The translations under genes and the position numbers were made by a program. A DNA stretch of 64,000 nt from Candidatus Latescibacterota bacterium. GTDB taxonomy: Bacteria > Latescibacterota > UBA2968 > GCA-2709665. Under the pieces are notes generated by a model. It was not told the origin of the DNA, did not search any database, and saw only the letters and a list, made by a program, of their open reading frames with translations. The stretch covers positions 3,968,001-4,032,000 of the forward strand of contig OZ252100.1 of NCBI GenBank assembly GCA_965248435.1. The letters run 5' to 3'. Shown here one piece after another: positions 29,148 through 38,336 of the stretch; position 1 is the stretch's first letter, and each line of letters starts with the position of its first letter.

Positions 29148-31027
29148 GTGATGCAACCCGAGCCGGTCGCCGATCCAGGGCGACCTCCCGAGCGCGTGAC
29201 GCCACGTGCGTTCGTCCTGGGGCTCGTGACGATCGTCGTGATGTGCATCTTCTCGGAGCACTACGGGAGGGGCCTTGTCAGGAGCTTCATGCCGATGCCG
29301 GCTCTGCTGATGTTCATGGTGTGGATCGCGATCAATCTGGTGCTCAAGAGCGCATATCCGCGCGTGGCGCTGTCTCGTACAGAGATCCTTATGATCTTTG
29401 GCATGACCTGGCTGGTCGGAACGCTCCCGGGTCTTGGTCTGGTCGGCTACCTGATGCATTACGTCACGGGTCCGGCCTATTTCTCCACGCCCGAAGACCG
29501 CTTCTGGGAGGTCGTGGGGCTCTACGTCCCGGAATTTCTCCTGTTCGAGCAGGGTAGCCCGGTCGTGGGGCCCTACTATCTCGGACTGCGCGTAGGTGAG
29601 GTAATTTCCTGGGAAGCGTGGTTCGTTCGCCTCTACTGGTGGTTCGTGGGGATCTTGAGCGTGGTGATGGCAGGATTCTTTGCAAGCGTGATCTTTTACA
29701 GGCAATGGGCGGACAAAGAGCGGCTTGTCTTCCCTCTGGCGACTTTTCCTGTGGAGCTGCTTCAGGAATCAGAGGAGAGTCGGCTGCCGGGCTTCGTCAG
29801 GAATCCCATCTTCTGGATCGGGTTTGCGACGACGTTTGGGCTCCTCGCCTGGAACGTGGCGGGCTGGTTCATTCTCGATTTGCCCCGGATGTCACTCTAC
29901 GATCATCGTGACTTCAAGTATATCCTGATTGCCCGTGATTTCCCTCCCCTGAACGTTCGCGTACACCCCTTTATCATTGGCCTGGCTTATCACTGTCCGT
30001 TGAACATCCTTTTCAACATCTGGTTCTTCTATCTCTTGAGTATTCTCAAACAAGGGATCATGAACCGGACCGGGGTCTCTGTCGGGGTGGAAGGCCAACC
30101 CGCCGACCCGAGAGACATCCTGACACTGGAGAGCCACGGGGCCCTGGTGGTGCTGGTGCTCTGGTCCGTGTGGGTCGCGAGAGGTCACCTGAAAGAGACG
30201 TTTCAAAAGGCCTTCCTGAGTCGCCGTCACGAGGATGATGGGGCTCCGGTATCCTACCGAACGGCCTACCTCGGTTTCCTCGGGGCCGCGATTTTTCTCC
30301 TGGGCTGGCTGATGACGGTCGGCTTCAGCCTGCCCGTGGCCCTTCTGCAGATGTCCCTGTTGTTCATCATCTACTTCGGGATGGCGAAGTACGCGGCAGC
30401 AACGGGGTTCATCTTCCTCCGGGTCCCGGGAGGAAAGGGCACGTTGATCCTGAAGTCAATCCTCGGGACGGAGAAATTCTCGCCATCCAACCTGGTGGGT
30501 TTGGTGGTCGTGGAGCAAAACGCGTTTGTAGGTTCCACGGCGCGGATGCTGGCGATTCCCGGGATCTCCCACGTCTTTCGAATGCTGGGTAGTGCCCTGC
30601 GTCGGCATCCACTGATCTGGCTTGCCCTGCCTGCCGCTCTCATCACGGGCTACACCACCCAGTGCTGGACACACCTCTACAACAGCCACACGGAAGGCGG
30701 GATGAACGTCGCCTTCAGCGGGATCCCGGGGGCCATGCTGGGCCTGGTCTCAGATATCGAGGGGACCGACCCCACGGTCTTCGACGTCGAGAAGCTGACC
30801 GTCTGGGGGGTCGGAGTCACGGAGGCCGCCCTGTTCATACCTGGCTGCCGAAGATTATCATCCTCCGATTCGGCGGGGTGGCCCTGTATCGAAAGTCTGT
30901 TCCTTTCTTTTACGGCCTTATCGTCGGATATATCATGGCCGTCTGGTTTTATGCCACCGTCGACATCATGTTCTTTCCTTACGTGCGCGGATACGGGACC
31001 GCTCACGGCCTGCCTCATCACTGGTAG
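29124..31027 (+). pseudogene. DUF6785/DUF6784-type membrane protein, array copy 3 (frameshifted)
   Basis: Relative to copy 1, ~85 bp are missing at 30839/30840 (equivalent to 26631-26715), removing WPIHPVG. The true C-terminus (TWLPK...GLPHHW) is in another frame ending at 31027. Confidence 0.8.
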
Positions 31028-31161
31028 AAAGCCGTCGTTCGTCGGTAATCAATTTCTGATCATTATCGGGAAATCCCCCTCAGTCCCCCTTTGTTAAAGG
31101 GGGAGGATTCTACTCCGGAGGTGAGTACTCTTTCAGCTAAGTAATGTTCCCCCTTTGGAAA

Positions 31162-31602
31162 GGTTCTTCGCCGAATGTTGGGGTTAAGGTATTAAGCTCT
31201 AATTGTAGACTCGCCCGCTTGCCGGCGTCTCTGTAACTCGCGAGATGCATCGCTCAAAGTCATCAGGGCCGCGGTGTGCGACTCCGATGCAACCTCGTTC
31301 TTTCACCTCCCACGCGGTTAGGCCCTCTGGGCCGGTCCCATAGTGGGCGTTCTGTGGGGCAGGAGTCCCGCCCTGATTGCCGCCCCCGTCCTTTCCACTG
31401 AGGGTGAGGTGCCGCGGCCCGAGCCCCCGCGGCGTTTGAGCGGCGCCCTTCTTTTGTCTACTTTTCTTGTGGCGAGACAAGAAAAGTAGACCGCCGGAGG
31501 CATGGGGTTCTTGGGTGGGGCGAACAGCCTAGGGAGCAAGGAGAGATAGCCACTTTTTTCTCGAAATCTGCTCATGACCTCCCCTAAATTCGGTGAAGAG
31601 CC
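31162..31602 (+). mobile_element. Non-autonomous ISL3-derived element (441 bp) with structured non-coding cargo
   Basis: Left end GGTTCTTCGCCGAATGTTGGGGT, right end CCCCTAAATTCGGTGAAGAGCC. Perfect 8-bp TSD TTTGGAAA at 31154-31161 and 31603-31610. Confidence 0.87.
31204..31505 (+). ncRNA. Candidate structured RNA inside the ISL3-ended element (copy 2)
   Basis: Blocks and stems conserved with 21770-22059; 15-bp hairpin at 31456-31491. Confidence 0.5.
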
Positions 31603-31715
31603 TTTGGAAAAGGGGGGTAGCGGGGATTTGAATTTCGGGAAGAGCGGTGACGCCTAATTCGTTTGATGGGTGTGGCAGAACCCCGGTACCCGGTACCCGG
31701 ATTTCAAGAGGTGAA

Positions 31716-33689
31716 ATGGAATCGAGTATCGCACATATAGAGATGCAAGATCAGGCGCTTGAACCAGGTAGAGAGCGCGTGACAGGCCGTGCCTTCCTGC
31801 TCGGCTTGATCTCTATCGTGGGGATGTGCCTGTTCGCCGAGAACTACGGCAGGGGGCTGGTCCGAACATTCATGCCTGTGACGGCCCTGCTCGTGCTGGT
31901 GGCCTGGATCGGGATCAACATCCTGCTAAAATGTTCGTTCCCGCGCCTGGCGTTGTCGCGGATCGAGTTGCTGACGATCTTCGGGATGACCTGGCTGGTG
32001 GGGACGCTGCCAGGAATCGGTATGATCGGCAGTATGTTCTCGTCGATCGCAAGCCCGGCCTATTTTTCCACCCAGGAAGACCGGTTCTGGGAGGTCGCGG
32101 GTCCTTACTTTCCTATGCATTTGTTTTTCGAGCAGGGGAGTCCGGTCATCGAACAGTACTACCTTGGGCTGAGGCCAGGAGAGGCGATGCCCTGGCAGCC
32201 GTGGGTCGGGCGGATTTTCTGGTGGTTTACCGCTACAGCGGCTATGGTGATGGCGGGGTTCTTCGCCAGTGTGTTGTTCTACAGGCAGTGGTCCGAAAAG
32301 GAACGATTGAACTTTCCTCTGTCCACCTTCCCGACAGAACTACTCCAGGAGTCCGAAGGCAGTCGGGTTCCGGACGCCTTCAAAAAGCCGATCTTCTGGG
32401 TGGGATTTGCGTGCACAGCCGGGGTGATCTTCTGGAACATCGCGGGATACTTCATCCTCACGCTGCCGGCGATCACGCTCTACTACCATCCCATGTTCAA
32501 GAACATCGATCTCGGTCGGTACTTCCCTCCTTTCAATGTGAGGGTGCATCCGCTGTATATGGGCCTGGCCTACCATTGTCCGCTCAACATCCTGTTCAGT
32601 TTCTGGGTCTTTTATGTATTGAGGATCTTCAAGACTGGAATGATGAACCGAATTGGATTTACCGTCGGTCTTGCGGGACAGACGGCCGAACCCAGAGAGA
32701 TTCTGATGCTGGAGGCCCACGGTGCAATGGTCTTCCTGGTGGCCTGGTCACTCTGGGTGGCCCGGAACCACCTGAAGGAGACCTTCCGAAAGGCCTTTCG
32801 AGAGACCCACAGAGATGACGGCCTGCCGGTCAGATACCGCATCGCCTGGCTCGGATTTCTGTGGTCGACGTTGTTCTTGACCGGCTGGTTAATTGCCGCG
32901 GGCTTCAGCCTGCACGTTGCGCTCCTTCAACTCGCCCTCTACTTTGTCATGTATTTGGGGATGGCCAAGTATACAGCCGCGAGCGGGTTTGTTTTCCTGC
33001 AGGTTCGGGGTCGAACGGGCGGACCGATTCTGAAGTCGATTCTGGGGACCCGGGGGTTTTCGCCCCGCAACCTCGTAGGAATCTTGATCGGGGATTTTAG
33101 CGGGCTTGCGGGGGGCTATTCCAGGCCGCTCGCGGTCCCGGCAATCGTTCACTTTTTCCGACTGATCGGAAACGCCTTTCGGCGAGTTCCGCTGGTCTGG
33201 GGTGCGTTGCCCGCAGCCCTGCTTGTGGGCTACATTGCCCAAAGCTGGGCGCACATGGATCTCAACTATGCCGAGGGAGCCATGAATACCGGGTTCGGAG
33301 GTGTCGGACGTCACCTGCGTGGGCTCGTATCCGACATCGAGGCGACCAGTCCGTCCGTCTTCGATCCCCAGCGGCTGGGGGTCTGGATGATTGGAGGGGT
33401 AGAGGCAGGTCTGTTGAGCCTCCTCGGGTCCCGATTTACCGGGTGGCCGCTCCACCCGATCGCGCTGGCCTTTCCCACCGGCTACGGATTCAGCATATTC
33501 TTGATCTGGCTGCCCAAGTACCTCATCCTCAGGTTCGGCGGCGTGTCCCTGTATCGCCGCTCCGTACCGTTCTGGTATGGCGTTGTTGTCGGCTATCTGG
33601 TCGGGCTGATGGTTTCGACCGCGGTGGATGTCATCTGGTTTCCGACCTTGCGGGGCTACGGGACGATGCACATGCTGCATTCGAAGTAA
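31716..33689 (+). CDS. DUF6785/DUF6784-type membrane protein, array copy 4
   Basis: Paralog; GAGGTG RBS, ATG at 31716. Confidence 0.8.
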   Translation: MESSIAHIEMQDQALEPGRERVTGRAFLLGLISIVGMCLFAENYGRGLVRTFMPVTALLVLVAWIGINILLKCSFPRLALSRIELLTIFGMTWLVGTLPGIGMIGSMFSSIASPAYFSTQEDRFWEVAGPYFPMHLFFEQGSPVIEQYYLGLRPGEAMPWQPWVGRIFWWFTATAAMVMAGFFASVLFYRQWSEKERLNFPLSTFPTELLQESEGSRVPDAFKKPIFWVGFACTAGVIFWNIAGYFILTLPAITLYYHPMFKNIDLGRYFPPFNVRVHPLYMGLAYHCPLNILFSFWVFYVLRIFKTGMMNRIGFTVGLAGQTAEPREILMLEAHGAMVFLVAWSLWVARNHLKETFRKAFRETHRDDGLPVRYRIAWLGFLWSTLFLTGWLIAAGFSLHVALLQLALYFVMYLGMAKYTAASGFVFLQVRGRTGGPILKSILGTRGFSPRNLVGILIGDFSGLAGGYSRPLAVPAIVHFFRLIGNAFRRVPLVWGALPAALLVGYIAQSWAHMDLNYAEGAMNTGFGGVGRHLRGLVSDIEATSPSVFDPQRLGVWMIGGVEAGLLSLLGSRFTGWPLHPIALAFPTGYGFSIFLIWLPKYLILRFGGVSLYRRSVPFWYGVVVGYLVGLMVSTAVDVIWFPTLRGYGTMHMLHSK

Positions 33690-33691
33690 AT

Positions 33692-33763
33692 GGCCCTCAC
33701 CCTGCCTCGCTTCCGCTCGGCATCCCTCTCCCATAAATGGGAGAGGGGCCGGGGGTGAGGGCC
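33692..33763. repeat. Palindromic CCCTCTCCC-n-GGGAGAGGG repeat
   Basis: GGCCCTCACCC...GGGTGAGGGCC inverted arms. Confidence 0.8.
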
Positions 33764-33781
33764 TGTCTTCAGTGAGGTAAT

Positions 33782-35767
33782 GTGGAATCCAGCGTCGCAT
33801 ATAAACGGATAGATGCCGAGACGGGGATCGACGCAGCGCGTCCGCCTGAACGTCTGACCGTGCGCGCTTTCGTGCTCGGCCTGATCACGATCGCGGCCAT
33901 GTGCGTGTTCGCTGAGAATTACGGTCGAGGGTTGGTCAGGACGTTCATGCCGGTCACGGCTCTGCTCGCGCTGATGCTCTGGAGCGGAATCAACATCCTT
34001 CTGAGGCTGACGGTCCCCCGCCTGGCCCTGTCGCGCCTCGAGGTGATGACGATCTTCGGTCTGACCTGGCTGATCGGCGCGATTCCAGGTATCGGCATGG
34101 TCGGCTACATGTTCTGGGACATAGCGGGCCCGGCCTCCTTTTCCTCTCCCGAAGACCGGTTCTGGGAGGTCGCAGGACCCTACTTCCCGGATTTCCTCTA
34201 CCTCCAGCCGGGAAGTCGGGCCGCGGAGCAGTATATGCTGGGCCTGATGGCGGGAGAGTCCATCGTTTGGTTGGAATGGCTCAGGCCGCTGTTCTGGTGG
34301 TTTGCGGGAACGGCGGGGCTGATCTTTGCCGGCTTCTTTGCAAGCGTCCTGTTCTACCGGCAGTGGGCGGAGCGGGAGCGCCTCACGTTCCCCCTGGCGA
34401 CGTTTCCTCTGGACCTTATGCGAGAGTCGGGCAGCAGCCCGATTCCCGAGGCCTTCAAGAAACCGGTATTCTGGCTCGGATTCGCCTGCACCTTTGGCGT
34501 GATTGGTTGGAACATCGTGGGCTACTTCGTCCTGACACTGCCCGAGATCACACTGTATTACCATCCGATGTTCAAGAACATCGACCTCGGGCCCCACTTC
34601 CCGTCCTTTAACGTGAGGGTGCATCCGCTCTACATGGGGTTGGCGTATCACTGTCCGCTGAACATTCTTTTTAGTTTCTGGGTCTTCTACTGTCTGAACA
34701 TCCTGAAGATGGGGCTGATGAACCGGACGGGTTTCGTCGTCGGACTGGAGGGACAGCCTGCGACGCCCGGGGTCGCGATGGCTCTGGAGGCGCACGGTGC
34801 GATGGTCTTCCTGGTGGTCTGGTCGATCTGGGTCGCCCGGCGTCACATTAAGGAGACCCTGCAAAAGGCGTTCTCCGGACCCCGTTCGTATGACGACGGG
34901 CTGCCGGTGACCTACAGGACGGCCTGGATCGGATTTTTCGTGTGTACGATCTTCCTGATGGGCTGGTTCAGGTCGGTCGGCTTCGGCGTGGGCGCGACGC
35001 TGCTTCAGCTTTCGCTCCTATTTGTCGCCTACTTCGCCGTTTCAAAGTATGCCGCCGCGACAGGGTTCGTGTCTCTGGTCCCTCCGGGCCGAAAAGGCTG
35101 GCTGATCATGAAATCGATCGTGGGAACAGTGAACTTTTCGCCGAGGGACCTGACCGGCATACAGGTCGTTCACGGCTGGGGATTCAACGGGGGGACCAAC
35201 CGGATGGTTGCGATTCCGGCCATTGCACACTTCTTCCGATTGATCGGAGACGCCTTACGACGCCATCCCCTGGTGGTCGGGGCGCTGCCTGCCGCGCTGG
35301 TGACTGGGTACGTGGTACAGTGCTGGGCGCACCTGGATCTCAACCATACGGAGGGCGGGTTGAACATAGGCTGGCCGGGGTTCAGCGGGAGGTTGAGAAC
35401 CCTCGTTGCGGACATCGAAGCGACAAATCCGTCGGTGTTCGACCCGAAAAAATTGGCTGTCTGGATCCTCGGAGCCGCAGAGGCAGGTTTTCTGATGTTC
35501 CTCGGAAGTCGGTTCATGTCCTGGCCGATTCACCCGGTCGGGCTGGCCTTCCCACACGGGTACGGTTTCAGCATGATGATCCTCTGGCTGTTCAAGACCA
35601 TCATACTCAGGCTGGGCGGCGTGAGCCTGTACGAGCGCTCGAAACCGTTCTGGTACGGTGTCATCATCGGATATCTGTTTGGACTTGCGATCTCCACGGT
35701 CGTGGATGTCATCTGGTTTCCGACCTTGCGGGGCTACGGGACGATGCACATGGTTCATTCGAAGTAA
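33782..35767 (+). CDS. DUF6785/DUF6784-type membrane protein, array copy 5
   Basis: Paralog; GAGGT RBS, GTG start. Confidence 0.8.
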   Translation: MESSVAYKRIDAETGIDAARPPERLTVRAFVLGLITIAAMCVFAENYGRGLVRTFMPVTALLALMLWSGINILLRLTVPRLALSRLEVMTIFGLTWLIGAIPGIGMVGYMFWDIAGPASFSSPEDRFWEVAGPYFPDFLYLQPGSRAAEQYMLGLMAGESIVWLEWLRPLFWWFAGTAGLIFAGFFASVLFYRQWAERERLTFPLATFPLDLMRESGSSPIPEAFKKPVFWLGFACTFGVIGWNIVGYFVLTLPEITLYYHPMFKNIDLGPHFPSFNVRVHPLYMGLAYHCPLNILFSFWVFYCLNILKMGLMNRTGFVVGLEGQPATPGVAMALEAHGAMVFLVVWSIWVARRHIKETLQKAFSGPRSYDDGLPVTYRTAWIGFFVCTIFLMGWFRSVGFGVGATLLQLSLLFVAYFAVSKYAAATGFVSLVPPGRKGWLIMKSIVGTVNFSPRDLTGIQVVHGWGFNGGTNRMVAIPAIAHFFRLIGDALRRHPLVVGALPAALVTGYVVQCWAHLDLNHTEGGLNIGWPGFSGRLRTLVADIEATNPSVFDPKKLAVWILGAAEAGFLMFLGSRFMSWPIHPVGLAFPHGYGFSMMILWLFKTIILRLGGVSLYERSKPFWYGVIIGYLFGLAISTVVDVIWFPTLRGYGTMHMVHSK

Positions 35768-35769
35768 AT

Positions 35770-35875
35770 GGCCCTCACCCTGCCTCGCTTCCCTCTCCCA
35801 TAAATGGGAGAGGGAAGAAGCGTCTTGATTTTCTCCCCTCTCCCACGTGTGGGAGAGGGGCCGGGGGTGAGGGCC
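35770..35875. repeat. Palindromic CCCTCTCCC-n-GGGAGAGGG doublet repeat
   Basis: Two hairpins within GGCCCTCACCC...GGGTGAGGGCC. Confidence 0.8.
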
Positions 35876-35893
35876 TGTCTTCAGTGAGGTAAC

Positions 35894-37873
35894 GTGGAAT
35901 CAAGCGTCGCATATAGACGAATAGAGCCGGAGGTTGACGCAACGCGTCCGCCTGAAAGGCTGACGGTGCGCGCGTTCGTGCTCGGCCTGATCACGATCGC
36001 GGCGATGTGCGTGTTCGCGGAGAATTACGGGCGCGGGCTGGTCCGCACCTTCATGCCTGTCACGGCGCTGCTCGCGCTGATGCTCTGGAGCGGCATCAAC
36101 ATCCTGCTGAGGCTGACGATCCCCCGCCTGGCCCTGTCACGCACCGAGGTGATGACGATCTTCGGTCTGACCTGGCTGATCGGTCAGATTCCCGGGATCG
36201 GCATGGTCGGCTACATGTTCTGGGACATGACGGGCCCGGCCTACTTTTCCTCTCCCGAAGACCGGTTCTGGGAGGTCGCTGGACCCTACATTCCGGATTT
36301 CCTCTACCTCCAGCAGGGAAGTCGGGCCGCGGACCAGTATATGCTGGGACTGAAGCCGGGGGAGTCCGTCCTATGGTTGGAATGGCTCAGGCCGCTGTTC
36401 TGGTGGTTTGCGGGAACGGCGGGGTTGATCTTTGCGGGTTTCTTTGCCAGCGTCCTGTTCTACCGACAGTGGGCTGAACGGGAGCGTCTGAATTTCCCCC
36501 TGGCGGCATTTCCGCTGGACCTTATGCGAGAGTCGGGCAGCAGCCCGATTCCCGAGGCCTTCAAGAAACCGGTTTTTTGGCTCGGATTCGCCTGCACGTT
36601 TGGCGTGATCGGCTGGAACATCGTGGGTTACTTCGTCCTCACGCTGCCCAAGATCACGCTCTATTACCATCCGATGTTCAAGGACATCGACCTCGGGCCC
36701 TACTTCCCGCCCTACAACGTGAGGGTGCATCCGCTCTTCATGGGGCTTGCCTACCATTGTCCCCTGAACATCCTGTTCAGTTTCTGGGTCTTTTATGTTC
36801 TGAACATCGTGAAAGAGGGATTCATGAACCGGACGGGATTCGTTCTCGGGCTGGAGGGACAGCCTGCGACGCCCAGGGACGCGATGGCTCTGGAGGCACA
36901 CGGTGCGATGGTCTTCCTGGTGGTCTGGTCCCTCTGGGTGGCCCGGCGTCACCTGATGGAGACCTTTCAAAAGGCGTTTTCAGGACTCCGATCGAATGAC
37001 GACGGGCTGCCGGTGACTTACAGGACGGCCTGGATCGGATTTTTCGTGTGTACGATCTTCCTGATGGGCTGGTTCAAATCAGTCGGATTCGGACTGTCAG
37101 CGACGCTGCTCCAGCTCACTCTGCTGTTTATTGCCTACTTCGCAGTCTCAAAGTATGCTGCGGCGACAGGGTTCGTGTTTCTGGTTCCTCCGGGCCGCAA
37201 GGGCTGGATGATCATGAAATCGATTTTTGGCACAGCAAGCTATACGCCACGGGACCTCACCGGTATACAGGTCGTACACGGGTCGGGATTCAACGGGGGG
37301 ACCTCCCGGATGGTGGCGATTCCGGCCATTGCACACTTCTTCCGATTGATCGGAGATGCCTTACGACGCCATCCCCTGGTGGTCGGAGCGCTGCCCGCCG
37401 CGCTGGTGACCGGCTACGTGGTACAGTGCTGGACGCACCTGGATCTCAACCTTACAGAGGGCGGGATGAACGTGGGCTGGCCGGGGTTCAGCGGGAGGTT
37501 AGTGACCCTCGTTACGGACATAGAAGCGACAGATCCATCGGTCTTCGACCCACAAAAGCTTCTTGTCTGGCTTATCGGTGCGGCGGAGGGGGGTCTGCTG
37601 ATGTTCCTGGGGAGTCGATTCACTTCCTGGCCGATTCACCCCGTCGGGCTGGCGTTCCCACACCGGTTCGGTTTCAGTATGATGCTCCTCTGGCTGTTCA
37701 AGACGATCGTCCTCAGGTTGGGCGGCGTGCGCCTGTATGAGCGCTCGAAGCCGTTCTGGTACGGTGTGATCATCGGATATCTGGTGGGGCTTGCTGTCTC
37801 CACGATTGTAGATGTCATCTGGTTTCCTTACCTCCGGGGCTACGGGACGATGCACGGCGTTCACTCGAAATGA
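35894..37873 (+). CDS. DUF6785/DUF6784-type membrane protein, array copy 6
   Basis: Closest paralog of copy 5; GTG start. Confidence 0.8.
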   Translation: MESSVAYRRIEPEVDATRPPERLTVRAFVLGLITIAAMCVFAENYGRGLVRTFMPVTALLALMLWSGINILLRLTIPRLALSRTEVMTIFGLTWLIGQIPGIGMVGYMFWDMTGPAYFSSPEDRFWEVAGPYIPDFLYLQQGSRAADQYMLGLKPGESVLWLEWLRPLFWWFAGTAGLIFAGFFASVLFYRQWAERERLNFPLAAFPLDLMRESGSSPIPEAFKKPVFWLGFACTFGVIGWNIVGYFVLTLPKITLYYHPMFKDIDLGPYFPPYNVRVHPLFMGLAYHCPLNILFSFWVFYVLNIVKEGFMNRTGFVLGLEGQPATPRDAMALEAHGAMVFLVVWSLWVARRHLMETFQKAFSGLRSNDDGLPVTYRTAWIGFFVCTIFLMGWFKSVGFGLSATLLQLTLLFIAYFAVSKYAAATGFVFLVPPGRKGWMIMKSIFGTASYTPRDLTGIQVVHGSGFNGGTSRMVAIPAIAHFFRLIGDALRRHPLVVGALPAALVTGYVVQCWTHLDLNLTEGGMNVGWPGFSGRLVTLVTDIEATDPSVFDPQKLLVWLIGAAEGGLLMFLGSRFTSWPIHPVGLAFPHRFGFSMMLLWLFKTIVLRLGGVRLYERSKPFWYGVIIGYLVGLAVSTIVDVIWFPYLRGYGTMHGVHSK

Positions 37874-38023
37874 CCGTGTACCGGGAAACCAAAATACGGG
37901 TACCGTAGAACAGTGGATCGTGGTTCGTGGATCGTAAATAGCTGGGTCACGAGTAGACACAAAGGATCATCACGAAAGGACAAACATTCGGAAGCATATG
38001 GATAGCGTCTACCGTGCTCCACC

Positions 38024-38175
38024 TTGTCATTCCGAGCGTCAGCGAGGAATCTCAACAGCCGTTACATCAAGACTTGATTCAGTGAGTACCTCACTCTTGA
38101 GATCCCTCGTCGGCTGGATGCTCTGAATTTTATCGAAACATTCGTAATGACTTGAAGGGCTCCTCGGGATGACAA
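38024..38175. repeat. Palindromic miniature element TTGTCATTCCGAG...GGAATCTC ... GAGATCCC...CTCGGGATGACAA
   Basis: Terminal and internal inverted repeats; flanked by CGTGGAT/CGTGGTT heptamer runs at ~37912-37935 and ~38213-38235. Confidence 0.7.
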
Positions 38176-38336
38176 ATTTTGGCTGTTGAATACGTTATGC
38201 ATTGTTAGAACCCGTGGATCGTCGTTCGTGGCTCGAATCACCCAACTAATCGGGGTCCCGATCGGTCGACTGGGTCTTGGGGGCGGTCCGCAGTGAACTA
38301 TGGATGGGGAAACTCATAAAACTGGGGTAGATCATC

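Larger units (their letters stand above)
31071..31629. repeat. REP-like hairpin doublet interrupted by a non-autonomous ISL3-ended element
   Basis: AAATCCCC...CCCCCTTTGTTAAAGGGGG (empty left hairpin) ... GGGGATTT; the insertion is in the right hairpin. Confidence 0.82.

Noticed and set aside
1306-37873. Diversity-generating retroelement behind the paralog variation
   Set aside because: No reverse transcriptase or template repeat in the window, and the differences inspected are not adenine-specific.
26905-38240. CRISPR array or integron cassette array
   Set aside because: The repeats are heptamer runs and palindromes without regular spacers; no cas, intI or attC consensus.
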